Source of the DNA: an uncultured virus (IMG/VR IMGVR_UViG_3300042453_001906)
Lineage: Duplodnaviria; Heunggongvirae; Uroviricota; Caudoviricetes
DNA: 64,000 nucleotides
Virus record (IMG/VR): IMGVR_UViG_3300042453_001906
Direction: 5' to 3' (one strand)
A model generated the notes under the pieces. That model was not told the DNA's origin. It saw only the letters and a list, made by a program, of their open reading frames with translations, and searched no databases. This document shows positions 31,856 to 41,179 of this stretch, piece by piece. A program made the translations under genes and the position numbers. Every line of letters begins with the position of its first letter. The first letter of the stretch is position 1.

Positions 31856-32772
31856 GGGGTATGAGCCTTTCTATACTCAAGAAGTGCCAAGTCCTTTGCC
31901 TTGGCTTCAATCATCACATCGTAGGTAACGGTGTCGGACAGTTCAGGAATTTCGTTGCGGATGTAGTCCGAATGGGCTTGAGGTCGTGCCCCTTCTTTGG
32001 ACTCCGAGTAGTGAACCTTGGGGATTTCACAGAAGCCGCCCCATGTGCTGAATGCCATTTCAGCGGCTTCGCGCAGAGACTCCTGTTGGCAGAAGCGGTG
32101 GTGGTGAACATCCAACACCAACTTCACGGTGCAGTATTTTGCAACCCCCTTGAACAGTTCGGTCATGCTCCACATCGTGGGCTTGTCGTCATTCTCAAGG
32201 GTGAGCCGCCGCCGAATGGACGGGTGCAAATGGCTGAACTCCTTGAGGAAACGCCCTGCGGTGGAGTGCTTGTCGCCGTACACGCCGCCCATGTGGATGT
32301 TGATGGCAAACTCGTCACCGTAGCCCAACAGGTCAGCAATAAGCGAGTGCATTTCCAAGCACTGTATGCTCTTTGCCACCGTCTGTGGATCGGGGGACGC
32401 AATGCAAGTGTACGGACCGGGATGGCACGACAGCCGCATCCCGTGCGTCTTGGCGTACTCACCCGCTTCTTGCAGCGAATTGCGGATGGCGTGTTCGTGT
32501 TCCGCGTGTAGGTCACCGATGCGATACGCAAGGGTGGGGTGATCCATGAACGGGAACATCCCGCTGCCGATGCGGAAAAACTTGATGCCGTTGGCTACAT
32601 TCCACTTGAGGATGGGGAGAAGATCAGCCGCGTTCCGCGCACCGAGTTCCCCCACCCTCTGTATGGAAAACCGATCCATACGCAAGGTACGGTCGGTGAA
32701 GAATCTGTCCTTTGCCTTGCGTCCTTCACACAGGGACAGATTTTGGCAAGCGTAGCCGAGGTAGCGGATCAT
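31843..32772 (-). CDS. uvsE: UV damage endonuclease (UVDE)
   Basis: LGYAC, FFRIGS, RLSCHPG, LENDD, DVHHH, KVHYSES, AHSDY, MIEAKAKDLAL. Confidence 0.92.
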   Translation of the reverse strand: MIRYLGYACQNLSLCEGRKAKDRFFTDRTLRMDRFSIQRVGELGARNAADLLPILKWNVANGIKFFRIGSGMFPFMDHPTLAYRIGDLHAEHEHAIRNSLQEAGEYAKTHGMRLSCHPGPYTCIASPDPQTVAKSIQCLEMHSLIADLLGYGDEFAINIHMGGVYGDKHSTAGRFLKEFSHLHPSIRRRLTLENDDKPTMWSMTELFKGVAKYCTVKLVLDVHHHRFCQQESLREAAEMAFSTWGGFCEIPKVHYSESKEGARPQAHSDYIRNEIPELSDTVTYDVMIEAKAKDLALLEYRKAHTPCLL

Positions 32773-33140
32773 GCCCCAATCTTACCGCCACTAATATTTG
32801 AGTCAAGAGGCTTGGCGGCATTTTCTGCATCTTTGTCTTTCAAATATGCGGCAAGCAGAACCATGTAATTTATTACATCCACGCAAGTGTCCATAAATGA
32901 CTCGTCCTTTACATTCATTTTGCCAGCGCGGACAAACGAGGACAGGCGGCTCATTTTGTCAGTTAACCGCACCATGAAGCCCTGCTCCGTCTTGCAGATG
33001 CCCATTGCCTCTACACGGGTAAAGTTCGCAAACGGTTCCGTGCCTTCGTTGCCTGCGTAGTCGCGGTTCTTCAGGCTCATCAGATCACGGGCTTCGTTGC
33101 ATATTTCAGAGTGAAATTGGAGTAGTTCTTCTCGCGTCAT
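32769..33140 (-). CDS. DUF1599/nucleotide-modification-associated all-alpha protein
   Basis: KNRDYA..PFANF..RLTDKMSRL..DESFMDT..DVINY. Confidence 0.7.
   Translation of the reverse strand: MTREELLQFHSEICNEARDLMSLKNRDYAGNEGTEPFANFTRVEAMGICKTEQGFMVRLTDKMSRLSSFVRAGKMNVKDESFMDTCVDVINYMVLLAAYLKDKDAENAAKPLDSNISGGKIGA
32779..32806 (-). promoter_or_regulatory. Sigma70-like promoter TTGACT-N16-TAAGAT, 6 nt before the uvsE ATG
   Basis: Consensus match; spacing implies a leaderless transcript. Confidence 0.5.
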
Positions 33141-33142
33141 GT

Positions 33143-33715
33143 TCAGGCTCCCATATTGGCATCAAAGGTGTAAAGCCCCGTGCTTCCGAATCCGCCTTCA
33201 CGCTGCGTCTTCTTCTGCGGGGGTTGGTCAATCTTCTGTAGTTCCACTGGTTGATTGCGAACGAGTTCCGCTTGGCAGATGCGTGAGCCATTGCCGATGG
33301 TGACCAAGCACGAACTCTGCGCGGAAACCATCACCATGAGTTCATCAGTGTAGTCCGAATCAATCACGCCTTCAGCATTGGCAAGCACAAACCCTTCCTT
33401 CAGTGCCATGCCGCTACGAGCGTGGAGGCGCACGGAGTAGCCTTCAGGAATATCCAAAATTAGTCCTGTGGGAACAAGAAACCGCCAACCCGCAGGAATG
33501 TCTAGGCAACCCCGATCAGGATAAATCTCCATCTTGACATTCTGCGGACCATAAGCCGTGACAGGCTTGTACGCACCCCAATCAGGATCGGAGTTCTCGG
33601 GATCGGGATGGAAACGGGCACAGATGTCAAAACACGCAGAGCCGTCCGTTGCGAACTGCGGTGGCGTAGAACCTGTGTTGGGTATGCAATAGAAACCAAG
33701 TGTGGGCTTGTCCAT
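33143..33715 (-). CDS. dut: Trimeric dUTPase
   Basis: SACFD, ARSG, GVIDSDY, RICQ, REGGFGSTG. Confidence 0.93.
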   Translation of the reverse strand: MDKPTLGFYCIPNTGSTPPQFATDGSACFDICARFHPDPENSDPDWGAYKPVTAYGPQNVKMEIYPDRGCLDIPAGWRFLVPTGLILDIPEGYSVRLHARSGMALKEGFVLANAEGVIDSDYTDELMVMVSAQSSCLVTIGNGSRICQAELVRNQPVELQKIDQPPQKKTQREGGFGSTGLYTFDANMGA

Positions 33716-33734
33716 GATGAAATCTCCTAACAGG

Positions 33735-33762
33735 AGTATACACGAGATCAGAACCCTGTCAA
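33735..33762 (-). promoter_or_regulatory. Sigma70-like promoter TTGACA-N16-TATACT upstream of dut
   Basis: Near-perfect consensus followed by AGGAGA SD. Confidence 0.65.
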
Positions 33763-33995
33763 GGATTCTGCTTGTAAACAGTAGTGCCTTTTTGCGCTTT
33801 CAATATCACACCATTCACCACATCGTTTTTGTACACGGTGTTGTTTTTCTTTTCGTTCAGCACCACGCCACTTGGCTTTGGACGAACGGAAAATAGTGGC
33901 TGACTATGAACAAGGATTTTGTTCTTGCGTTGCTTTAACCGCTCGTCAATATTTGCGGTTATTTGAAAAGATGTTTCGTGTACAAGAATTTTCAA
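33759..33995 (-). CDS. Small basic hypothetical protein
   Basis: TTG start overlapping the upstream stop; fills the gap. Confidence 0.4.
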   Translation of the reverse strand: MKILVHETSFQITANIDERLKQRKNKILVHSQPLFSVRPKPSGVVLNEKKNNTVYKNDVVNGVILKAQKGTTVYKQNP

Positions 33996-34450
33996 CGAAC
34001 TACCTTGTCGCTGACAACGAATCTACCGGACATCAACTCATTCACGGTGATGCCTTGAACCAAGTCTAGCCCGTAAACCCATGTTCCAACCGGGACATTT
34101 CCCATAGTTGTGTAGTCCACCGTCAAACGGATTCCTCCAGTAAGCGCACCACCAGTCTCTCCCACATTCAAGTAGATGCCGCCCGTTCCCTGAACTCCCG
34201 GAGATGTCCATGTGATACCGTTTTTCATGGTTACCCCTGCCAACCACTCTCCCGTCCGTCCACCCCCTGTCACTCCGTTGATGGTTGCTTCAAGGTATTT
34301 GTATGTGCTTGCCGTGTTCGGGCGAACCTGAAATCTGGCTCCTGTATACACAGACACATCCACCGCATTACCGTTGGTGTCGTAATACTCAATATGAAAA
34401 TTGAGAGTTTCGTCCTGCTTTGCGTAAATGTCGTACTGTGCTGATGCCAT
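33992..34450 (-). CDS. Hypothetical virion protein (Ig-like adaptor type)
   Basis: YDIYAKQ..AVDVS.YT.ARFQVR..YGLDL..LMSGRFVV pattern. Confidence 0.5.
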   Translation of the reverse strand: MASAQYDIYAKQDETLNFHIEYYDTNGNAVDVSVYTGARFQVRPNTASTYKYLEATINGVTGGGRTGEWLAGVTMKNGITWTSPGVQGTGGIYLNVGETGGALTGGIRLTVDYTTMGNVPVGTWVYGLDLVQGITVNELMSGRFVVSDKVVR

Positions 34451-35742
34451 TACTTTTTCCTCTTCTTAAAGCGGTTCGCTCTAGGAGGTATGTAGGCAAT
34501 ATTTACTTGCGGATTCGGTGGTAGTTTGGACGACATCACCACTGGCTGTGGCGAAGACAGGGTAATGGGCTGAAGTGGAATATTTCCTGTTGGCATGGGC
34601 ATTTGGATTCCCGTGCCTGACTGTATCCGGCGCAGTTCCTGAACCTTTTCCGAATATGCCGCGTGATTCTTCTGCACCCGCTCCACCTCTTCCTTGGGGA
34701 GTCTGTTGCCCCTCAGAAGAGCCTCGGAAGCACGAAGCCCTGTCTCGTAGTCGTGAACATAGTATGCCGTGGCAGCCAGTTCATCCAGTGCCATCCACTT
34801 GTACACATTGGTGTCGATGAACAGAATGTCGTGCTGCGGGAACGGAATCTGTGCTGCTTCCTTGGCAAACATGTACGCTGCACGGGGACGACCCATCATG
34901 CGGAGGGTACGGGCAATTGCGTGTAGCGGCTCGGCACGGCACGGGCGGTAGTCGTAAGCGTCAAGCAGTTTCTGCTGAATCATTGACCACTCCTTTTCCT
35001 GTGCCATAGCGATGAGTGCCACTCGGAACAGGGAATAGTAACATTCTTCTTCCCATCCACCCATCTCCACGCGCTTGTAGTATGCCTCGGTTGCCTTGTC
35101 CCACTGCTGCGAGTCAAAGTACGACTGTGCAAGATAGAACTGATACCGAGAGTTTCCCGGTTCTGTCTTCAGTGCTTCAAGCAGGGTTTCAGCGTCCTTG
35201 GAGTATTTTTCGATGGGGGTAACATTAGTGTTCCGATGACCAATCGTTCGTGCTTCCAAGTAGTAGTCGCCGTCAATCTTCTCCTGCGACAGTGGCTGCT
35301 TTTCGCAGTGTGCGTATTCGTGAAGCACTCCGATGTACTTCCAGCCAATTCCCGTCCTGAAGATTTGATTGCGCCACCAAATGCACTGGTCACGACCGCA
35401 CTTTAGTGCGTACCCATCAGCAGTCATGTTCTTGCCGTGAGGGTATTTGAAGTCGCCCACGATGCGGTCGTCCGCATCAATCATCCAAGCGTAGTCTGCC
35501 TTGCCTGTGCAAAGATCAAGGGCTTCAGATCGGTTGTGACCGAAACCAACCCACGGACGCTCATGGAGTTCTCCGGGGATTCCCTTCTCCGCAAAGTACT
35601 TCTTGATGTACTCCTGAGTTCCATCCGTGGAGCCTGTGTCCACGATCACCCAATAGTCGATGTGCTTCCAAACCGAATCCAAGCATTCGTGCAGGATGTG
35701 CGTTTCATTCTTGACAATCATAGACAGGCATACTGTAGACAT
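34450..35742 (-). CDS. GT2 glycosyltransferase with C-terminal TPR-like repeats
   Basis: CLSMIVKNE, VDTGSTDGT, FGHNRSEAL, IDADD, GVLHE; FYLAQSY..A..Y helical repeats. Confidence 0.88.
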   Translation of the reverse strand: MSTVCLSMIVKNETHILHECLDSVWKHIDYWVIVDTGSTDGTQEYIKKYFAEKGIPGELHERPWVGFGHNRSEALDLCTGKADYAWMIDADDRIVGDFKYPHGKNMTADGYALKCGRDQCIWWRNQIFRTGIGWKYIGVLHEYAHCEKQPLSQEKIDGDYYLEARTIGHRNTNVTPIEKYSKDAETLLEALKTEPGNSRYQFYLAQSYFDSQQWDKATEAYYKRVEMGGWEEECYYSLFRVALIAMAQEKEWSMIQQKLLDAYDYRPCRAEPLHAIARTLRMMGRPRAAYMFAKEAAQIPFPQHDILFIDTNVYKWMALDELAATAYYVHDYETGLRASEALLRGNRLPKEEVERVQKNHAAYSEKVQELRRIQSGTGIQMPMPTGNIPLQPITLSSPQPVVMSSKLPPNPQVNIAYIPPRANRFKKRKK

Positions 35743-35785
35743 TTATTTATTCCTCGTTCTATCTTGTAGATTTTCAGACACCGTG

Positions 35786-35792
35786 TATTTAG
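35786..35792 (-). promoter_or_regulatory. Putative late promoter (CTAAATA) upstream of GT2-TPR
   Basis: Motif match in the intergenic gap. Confidence 0.55.
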
Positions 35793-37001
35793 TCATCGTT
35801 CGGTAATCTCTACTCTAGGGAAGTATCTCAAATACTTTGACTTGGTTCCGGTTTTTTCGGACAATCGTTTGCAGATTTCATCAAAAAAGTTCCACGCCAA
35901 AGGGACATAGCAGATGGGCTTTTGTTCATAATTCTCCAAGAAATCAATGCTGTAGATTGGTATTGATATTCCGGGAGTAAAAAGAGACTGCTTCAGAGGA
36001 TTATCGTCTATGATGAAATCCAATCGAACATCACAGAAATTCAAGAAGGTGTTTCCCTTTGCGGAAGAACCGTACCCTGCTACAGTATATCCATCGTTCT
36101 TAAATTGTTCTACTGTTCTCTTGAACTCGTCTGCTATTTCATTTGCTCGTAGAGCATATTTGGTATATGTGTCTTCAGAGTACAATCCAGTTGACTCTTC
36201 GGACTCAATCATCTTTTGGATGGTTTCGCTAGGATTATTATGCTTTGATATCACGAAAACATAACTTCCGCCGTGGATAGGATGTTCGATTACATCTACT
36301 AGATGGAGTTCTGCTCGTTCGCAGATGGTCTTCATTGAATTCACGCAGTAGTACGAATAGTGTTCGTGATACACTGTATCAAACTCATTGTTCCGTATCA
36401 TGTGTGCTTGAGATATAGTAATGAATGCCAATCCACCGTCCTCAAGCATGGTTCTGCATTTACGGAGAAATCCTACTTGATCGTAGTTGTGTGCAAACGC
36501 ATTCTGACAAATGATTGCATCGAACTTGAACGGAAACTGTACTGATTCGTTGTTAAAATAATCGCATACCACAGTATGTCGATTTGAACTCATCTGATGT
36601 AGATTAGTAGCAGGATCGACTCCGTATGTGGAAAAACCTGTAGACTTGAAACAATTCAGTTGAGAACCGTCATTGCAACCAATATCAAGAACACGACCAG
36701 TGTTTTTCTGTATCCTAGAAACAACCATTTTGAAAAACCAATAGAAATACTCTAGTTGTGTCTTCGATGTTCCTGAAACATACAGATAGTGTTTAAACAA
36801 TTCATCAGGATTCACCATATGACTCAACTGCAAATGGTGACATTCTCTGCACTTATTGACTACAAGCGGATAGAAATTTTCGTCTTGTGTTTGCGATGAT
36901 TTGAATGAGTTTGCCGGAGGCTGATTTCCTAGATCAAGCACAGTCTTTAAAGAAAGACCATCACACGCTATACAGTTGCTTATTGGACGACATCCGCTCA
37001 T
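35793..37001 (-). CDS. NDP-hexose C-methyltransferase
   Basis: CIAC..LDLGNQPPANSF..CREC zinc site; DIGCNDG; FDTVYHEH; HGGS; YGSSAKGNT; DDNPLKQ. Confidence 0.88.
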   Translation of the reverse strand: MSGCRPISNCIACDGLSLKTVLDLGNQPPANSFKSSQTQDENFYPLVVNKCRECHHLQLSHMVNPDELFKHYLYVSGTSKTQLEYFYWFFKMVVSRIQKNTGRVLDIGCNDGSQLNCFKSTGFSTYGVDPATNLHQMSSNRHTVVCDYFNNESVQFPFKFDAIICQNAFAHNYDQVGFLRKCRTMLEDGGLAFITISQAHMIRNNEFDTVYHEHYSYYCVNSMKTICERAELHLVDVIEHPIHGGSYVFVISKHNNPSETIQKMIESEESTGLYSEDTYTKYALRANEIADEFKRTVEQFKNDGYTVAGYGSSAKGNTFLNFCDVRLDFIIDDNPLKQSLFTPGISIPIYSIDFLENYEQKPICYVPLAWNFFDEICKRLSEKTGTKSKYLRYFPRVEITER

Positions 37002-37921
37002 GCTGTTTCCTTTCTCATAGATCTGCGGATCCAATCTCGCACATCGACACAAGGACTCCATCCCAATTCATTTTTTGCCTTGGTGCAGTCCGATAGATTG
37101 TGTCGTGCTTCTCCCTGCCGGGGCGGAAGATGAACTATTTCCTTTGCACCAAAAATACTAGAAATTTCATTGACTGAATAGGTTGATCCGAATCCTATAT
37201 TGTAGAGTTGACCCCATTCGTAAAATGGAGAAGGGGGATCGAATGTTGCTGCCAAAAGATTGGCTCTTGCAATATCTCCCACATAGATGAAATCTCTCTG
37301 CTGTTCTCCATCTCCAACAACAGTAAGAGGTTGTCCTGCTTCCATAAGACGCTGAAATATTCCCGTTACTGTTGCATACTGACCACGGAAAGGTTGGCGT
37401 TCTCCGAATACATTGAAATACCGGAACACCACTGTCTGCAATCCGTATAGATCGGAGTACATCTTGCACAACTGCTCTCCTCCAACCTTGCTTACAGAAT
37501 ACGGATTCAAGCAATCAGTAAGCATGGTTTCTTTTAGGGGTGGAGAGTTCTTGAGTCCGTATGCAGATGAGGTTGATGAATACACGACTCGCTTTACCCC
37601 TGCTTCACGGGCACACTGAAGTACCGTTGCAGTTCCAAACATATTTGTATGAACCGCTTTGAGGGGATTGATTATACACGGTTGAATTCTTGCCTCTGCC
37701 GCAAGATGAAAAACAGCATCAATCCCGTTGTAAAGACGGCGAGTGGAATCGTAATCTGTTATGTCCAGTTTGTGATTTTCTGCCGATGGATTCCAGTAAA
37801 ATTGATCGTTGCATTCGGCAGACTCATTGTCTATGACAACAACCTGATGACCTTCTGCCAACAGGTAATCTACCAAATTTGAACCGATGAATCCCGCTCC
37901 ACCTGTCACAAGTGCTTTCAT
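36998..37921 (-). CDS. NAD-dependent nucleotide-sugar epimerase (extended SDR)
   Basis: TGGAGFIG, SSTSS, YSVSK, RYFNVFG, RDFIYV. Confidence 0.9.
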   Translation of the reverse strand: MKALVTGGAGFIGSNLVDYLLAEGHQVVVIDNESAECNDQFYWNPSAENHKLDITDYDSTRRLYNGIDAVFHLAAEARIQPCIINPLKAVHTNMFGTATVLQCAREAGVKRVVYSSTSSAYGLKNSPPLKETMLTDCLNPYSVSKVGGEQLCKMYSDLYGLQTVVFRYFNVFGERQPFRGQYATVTGIFQRLMEAGQPLTVVGDGEQQRDFIYVGDIARANLLAATFDPPSPFYEWGQLYNIGFGSTYSVNEISSIFGAKEIVHLPPRQGEARHNLSDCTKAKNELGWSPCVDVRDWIRRSMRKETA

Positions 37922-37923
37922 AA

Positions 37924-38643
37924 TCAACTCCCGATAAATGACGAATAAGATTCGCTGATTGCCTTTTTCAGTGCGGTAGTAGAGTATGTATGCTGCCTCG
38001 GGACAAAAACTATAGGGATGTTCAGTTCTTTTCCTGTATAGTTTTTCTCGCGGTAATCATCCCCCAAAAACCGAACATCGTATTTACCGTTTGCCAAAAG
38101 CAATGCCAGTTCGTTTTCTGTGGAGTATACCGTGACCGCATCAACATATTTAATTGACTTAAGTATCTCAATCCGTTCTTCAACAGTATGAACAGGCTTC
38201 ATCTTTGGTCTTTCTGTCGATGGATCGTCGTGAAGATGAACCGTTAGATGATCGCAGTTCTGTTTGCAGAACTCAAACATTCGGCAATAGCCCGGATGGA
38301 TCAGATCAAATGCACCCGCAAGAGTTCCCCGAACTCCACAAGAAGTCAGTCTCCATTGTGCTGCATTGATTGCCTTATCGTCAACAAATATATCACAGGT
38401 TGGCTTTCCCCGACAAATCAATTCGTGATGCTTGAGTCCCCAATCGGTAAGTTGTTTTTCGGTGATCTGCTTCCAGTCTATTCCCGTGCTTGCTCCTCTG
38501 GCGGTGAAGAGAACTATCCGGTGTCCGCTGTCGTAAAGCCTATTGACTTCTTGGATTGCCTTGTTGATGGGAACAGCATTGGCATAGTTGCCGTCAGAAA
38601 CGGTATGGCACAGTGTTCCGTCTATGTCAAAGCAGTAGATCAT
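37924..38643 (-). CDS. Fusion of HAD phosphatase and cytidylyltransferase-like nucleotidyltransferase
   Basis: FDIDGT, FTARG, GKP..FVDD; then GAFDLIHPGY, YVDAV, YSTT. Confidence 0.8.
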   Translation of the reverse strand: MIYCFDIDGTLCHTVSDGNYANAVPINKAIQEVNRLYDSGHRIVLFTARGASTGIDWKQITEKQLTDWGLKHHELICRGKPTCDIFVDDKAINAAQWRLTSCGVRGTLAGAFDLIHPGYCRMFEFCKQNCDHLTVHLHDDPSTERPKMKPVHTVEERIEILKSIKYVDAVTVYSTENELALLLANGKYDVRFLGDDYREKNYTGKELNIPIVFVPRQHTYSTTALKKAISESYSSFIGS

Positions 38644-39146
38644 ATTGCTGAATGGAGTATGGCTTCGTGGGCACATTCTACCACACCGTAGTCGGTGGAG
38701 TTAATCCAAAATCCGTGAACAGCGGAATCAGAGTATTTGTCGTTGATCTGATTGTACTCATCGAATCCGGTTAGCGTTATGTACGCTATGCCCTGTGTTT
38801 TACAGTAGTCAGCACAGTTAACGATATTTTTTGAATTACCTGATGAACTAATCAAAATCACAAGCGAGTTCTTGTCAGCAAACTCTTTGACAAACTGACA
38901 GAATGCCTTTTCGTATCCGTAATCATTTGCATAGCAAGACATACGCGCACCATCCGAAAATGCCATCGCTCGTTTTCCCAAAGCCTTGGTGTAATCTTCT
39001 GCCATGTGTGATGCAATCGCATTACTTCCCCCGTTTCCCAATAGAAGTATGCTGCCTTTCCATGCTCTCACCGTATTCTTGAATCCATTCAGCGAATCCT
39101 TGGGAACATTGTTCAATGCAAAAACAAGATCGTCTATGAACTTCAT
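38640..39146 (-). CDS. gmhA: Sedoheptulose-7-phosphate isomerase (SIS domain)
   Basis: GNGGS, ANDYGY, ISSSGNSKN, YGVVECAH. Confidence 0.82.
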   Translation of the reverse strand: MKFIDDLVFALNNVPKDSLNGFKNTVRAWKGSILLLGNGGSNAIASHMAEDYTKALGKRAMAFSDGARMSCYANDYGYEKAFCQFVKEFADKNSLVILISSSGNSKNIVNCADYCKTQGIAYITLTGFDEYNQINDKYSDSAVHGFWINSTDYGVVECAHEAILHSAI

Positions 39147-40096
39147 ACCAACCTCCTTACTCCATGAGGAGAAACACCAACCGGATAGAAACGCTCGTCG
39201 GGAACGGTTCCACGATTAAAGAAGCAGAGGAAGAACCCACCGTTTCCCGCCCCGCACAATTTATGAGAAACACAGTTCTTGTTTGATGACAACCAAGAAT
39301 CAATTTCAGAAATAGCAGGAGACACTATGGAATCCGATGTTCGCTTTTTTGCTGTCCACCCTTCACGAATGAGTCCCATGAAACCACTGTAGTCGCGGTT
39401 CATCAAGCACTGCTCTGCTAGAGAAACAATAGGATTGAATACATCTTCGGTTGGAACGGTTACCGTCTTCAGCACATCGGTAGAACTACGAGTGTAACCA
39501 GTGAACAAAAGACACACATCATAGCATTCAAAAATGTCTGTGGGCAGGAATGTATACTTTGGCAATCCGGTTTTGGAAAATTCAATCTTCTTGAATCCAC
39601 CAACACAGCAACCAAAAACATCCTGCTGTCCCAATAGAGGATTGATGGTTTTTTCTATACGATTGGCAAGAACACCACATTCTGTTTGTGAAACTTGTTT
39701 GCCTTGAAATTCTTGCAGAGCCATAGCAAGAGAACACGAATACGAAGACGATACCGCAAGACCGGATCCATGAGAAAAAACATCGCTAGTCATATGCACG
39801 GAACACGGCTGAACTTTGCCAGTTTTGAAAAACTCACGAACAAGATCATTCCGAATTTCGTCAACCGATTGTGTTTCTTCTCGTTTGGAGTAGTTCACGA
39901 TGTATTTGCTGTCTAGGTTGTTCCTTCCTAGAGCATCACGATACACAGAAACATATGTGTACAAGGACGGCGTAAAAGAAATAACAGAACCCCTACCGTG
40001 TCTGTCAAGGTAAGAATCAAGATCGCTAGAGCCACCAAGCAGAGACAGTCGTACAGGGCAAGAGACTGCCACATAGTTTTTGAACTCACGATTCAT
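39143..40096 (-). CDS. hddA: GHMP sugar kinase, heptose-7-phosphate kinase-like
   Basis: PVRLSLLGGSSD, GSGLAVSS, GQQD, KLCGAGNGGF. Confidence 0.8.
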   Translation of the reverse strand: MNREFKNYVAVSCPVRLSLLGGSSDLDSYLDRHGRGSVISFTPSLYTYVSVYRDALGRNNLDSKYIVNYSKREETQSVDEIRNDLVREFFKTGKVQPCSVHMTSDVFSHGSGLAVSSSYSCSLAMALQEFQGKQVSQTECGVLANRIEKTINPLLGQQDVFGCCVGGFKKIEFSKTGLPKYTFLPTDIFECYDVCLLFTGYTRSSTDVLKTVTVPTEDVFNPIVSLAEQCLMNRDYSGFMGLIREGWTAKKRTSDSIVSPAISEIDSWLSSNKNCVSHKLCGAGNGGFFLCFFNRGTVPDERFYPVGVSPHGVRRLV

Positions 40097-40099
40097 TGT

Positions 40100-41179
40100 T
40101 CAGTGTTGAAGGTTCCTGTAAATGTCCAAATACTGCTGCTCTATTTTCTTGTAGCAGTACCGTTCAGAGTATACAGCAAGAGTGGCAGACCTCTTGTCTG
40201 AAAGATAGGACTTTTCATTTTTAAGTCTACGCATCTCGTCCACATACTCTTCCATAGACCAAGCCATCTTTCCGCACCCTTCTATCTGTTCGGCGTGACC
40301 CATGTTCTGTGCAGGATGCGTCACCACGGGCAAACCATTGTACATGGCTTCGATGATGGCAGCAGAACATACTTCTCCATCAGACCTAGCATGGGTGTAC
40401 ACATCAAGTGCGCCCAAGAAATCGTGTATATCCTCAACCCTCGCGGCAAAGTCCACGAAGAATACATTTTTGAGATTGAGTTCCGATGCCAACTGCCTGT
40501 GTCTCTGCGATCCCCCCAATAGAATGAAATATGTGTTTTCGTCCTGTAGGTGAGCATAAGCAGCGAGAGAAACGGGGGAGAATATTCCGTCATCGTTTCT
40601 TTGGTGGAACCCATACACGAAAGCGTCTTGCGGTATTCCGAGTTTTTGCCTCAAAGTAGATGGTGTTTTTTCGGGGACATAAACTATGGTTGGTATAACA
40701 ACCATTTTTTTTGGGTTGCCTCCGCTCTTGATCCACTTATCGGCTTGCCATTTAGATATCAAAACGCTAGTGTGTACCTGACTGATGTTGTCTGATAGAT
40801 CACCATGAATGCTGTCTACGAGAATAGTTCCGCGAATTTCCGTGAAAGGAAATTCGGGAAATCCATATCGGGCACTCTGTATGGCATCATATTTTTTGGG
40901 ATCAAAAACATCCCATATATTGCTTCCATTCCATGTTCTTGCTGCTGTGTTCACGGAATCAATGTGTATAGGGATAGTATTTACTCCACGGGATTCTACA
41001 AATCGTTTTCTCTCATCAGAATTATTCGGATGCTTGAAACTGTGGTCGATAAGAGGAGCATTGTTTGTATAGTAAAAATCGACATCGTGTTCTTTTGCCA
41101 ATAGACACGCAACGGTTTGTAAATATTTTTCTGTTCCTCCCGTGGCAAGACCACAAAATTTCAAACACGCGATTTTCAT
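40100..41179 (-). CDS. GT-B (GT4-like) glycosyltransferase
   Basis: GGTEKY; LRQKLGIP; GEVCSAAIIEAMYNGLPVV. Confidence 0.82.
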   Translation of the reverse strand: MKIACLKFCGLATGGTEKYLQTVACLLAKEHDVDFYYTNNAPLIDHSFKHPNNSDERKRFVESRGVNTIPIHIDSVNTAARTWNGSNIWDVFDPKKYDAIQSARYGFPEFPFTEIRGTILVDSIHGDLSDNISQVHTSVLISKWQADKWIKSGGNPKKMVVIPTIVYVPEKTPSTLRQKLGIPQDAFVYGFHQRNDDGIFSPVSLAAYAHLQDENTYFILLGGSQRHRQLASELNLKNVFFVDFAARVEDIHDFLGALDVYTHARSDGEVCSAAIIEAMYNGLPVVTHPAQNMGHAEQIEGCGKMAWSMEEYVDEMRRLKNEKSYLSDKRSATLAVYSERYCYKKIEQQYLDIYRNLQH

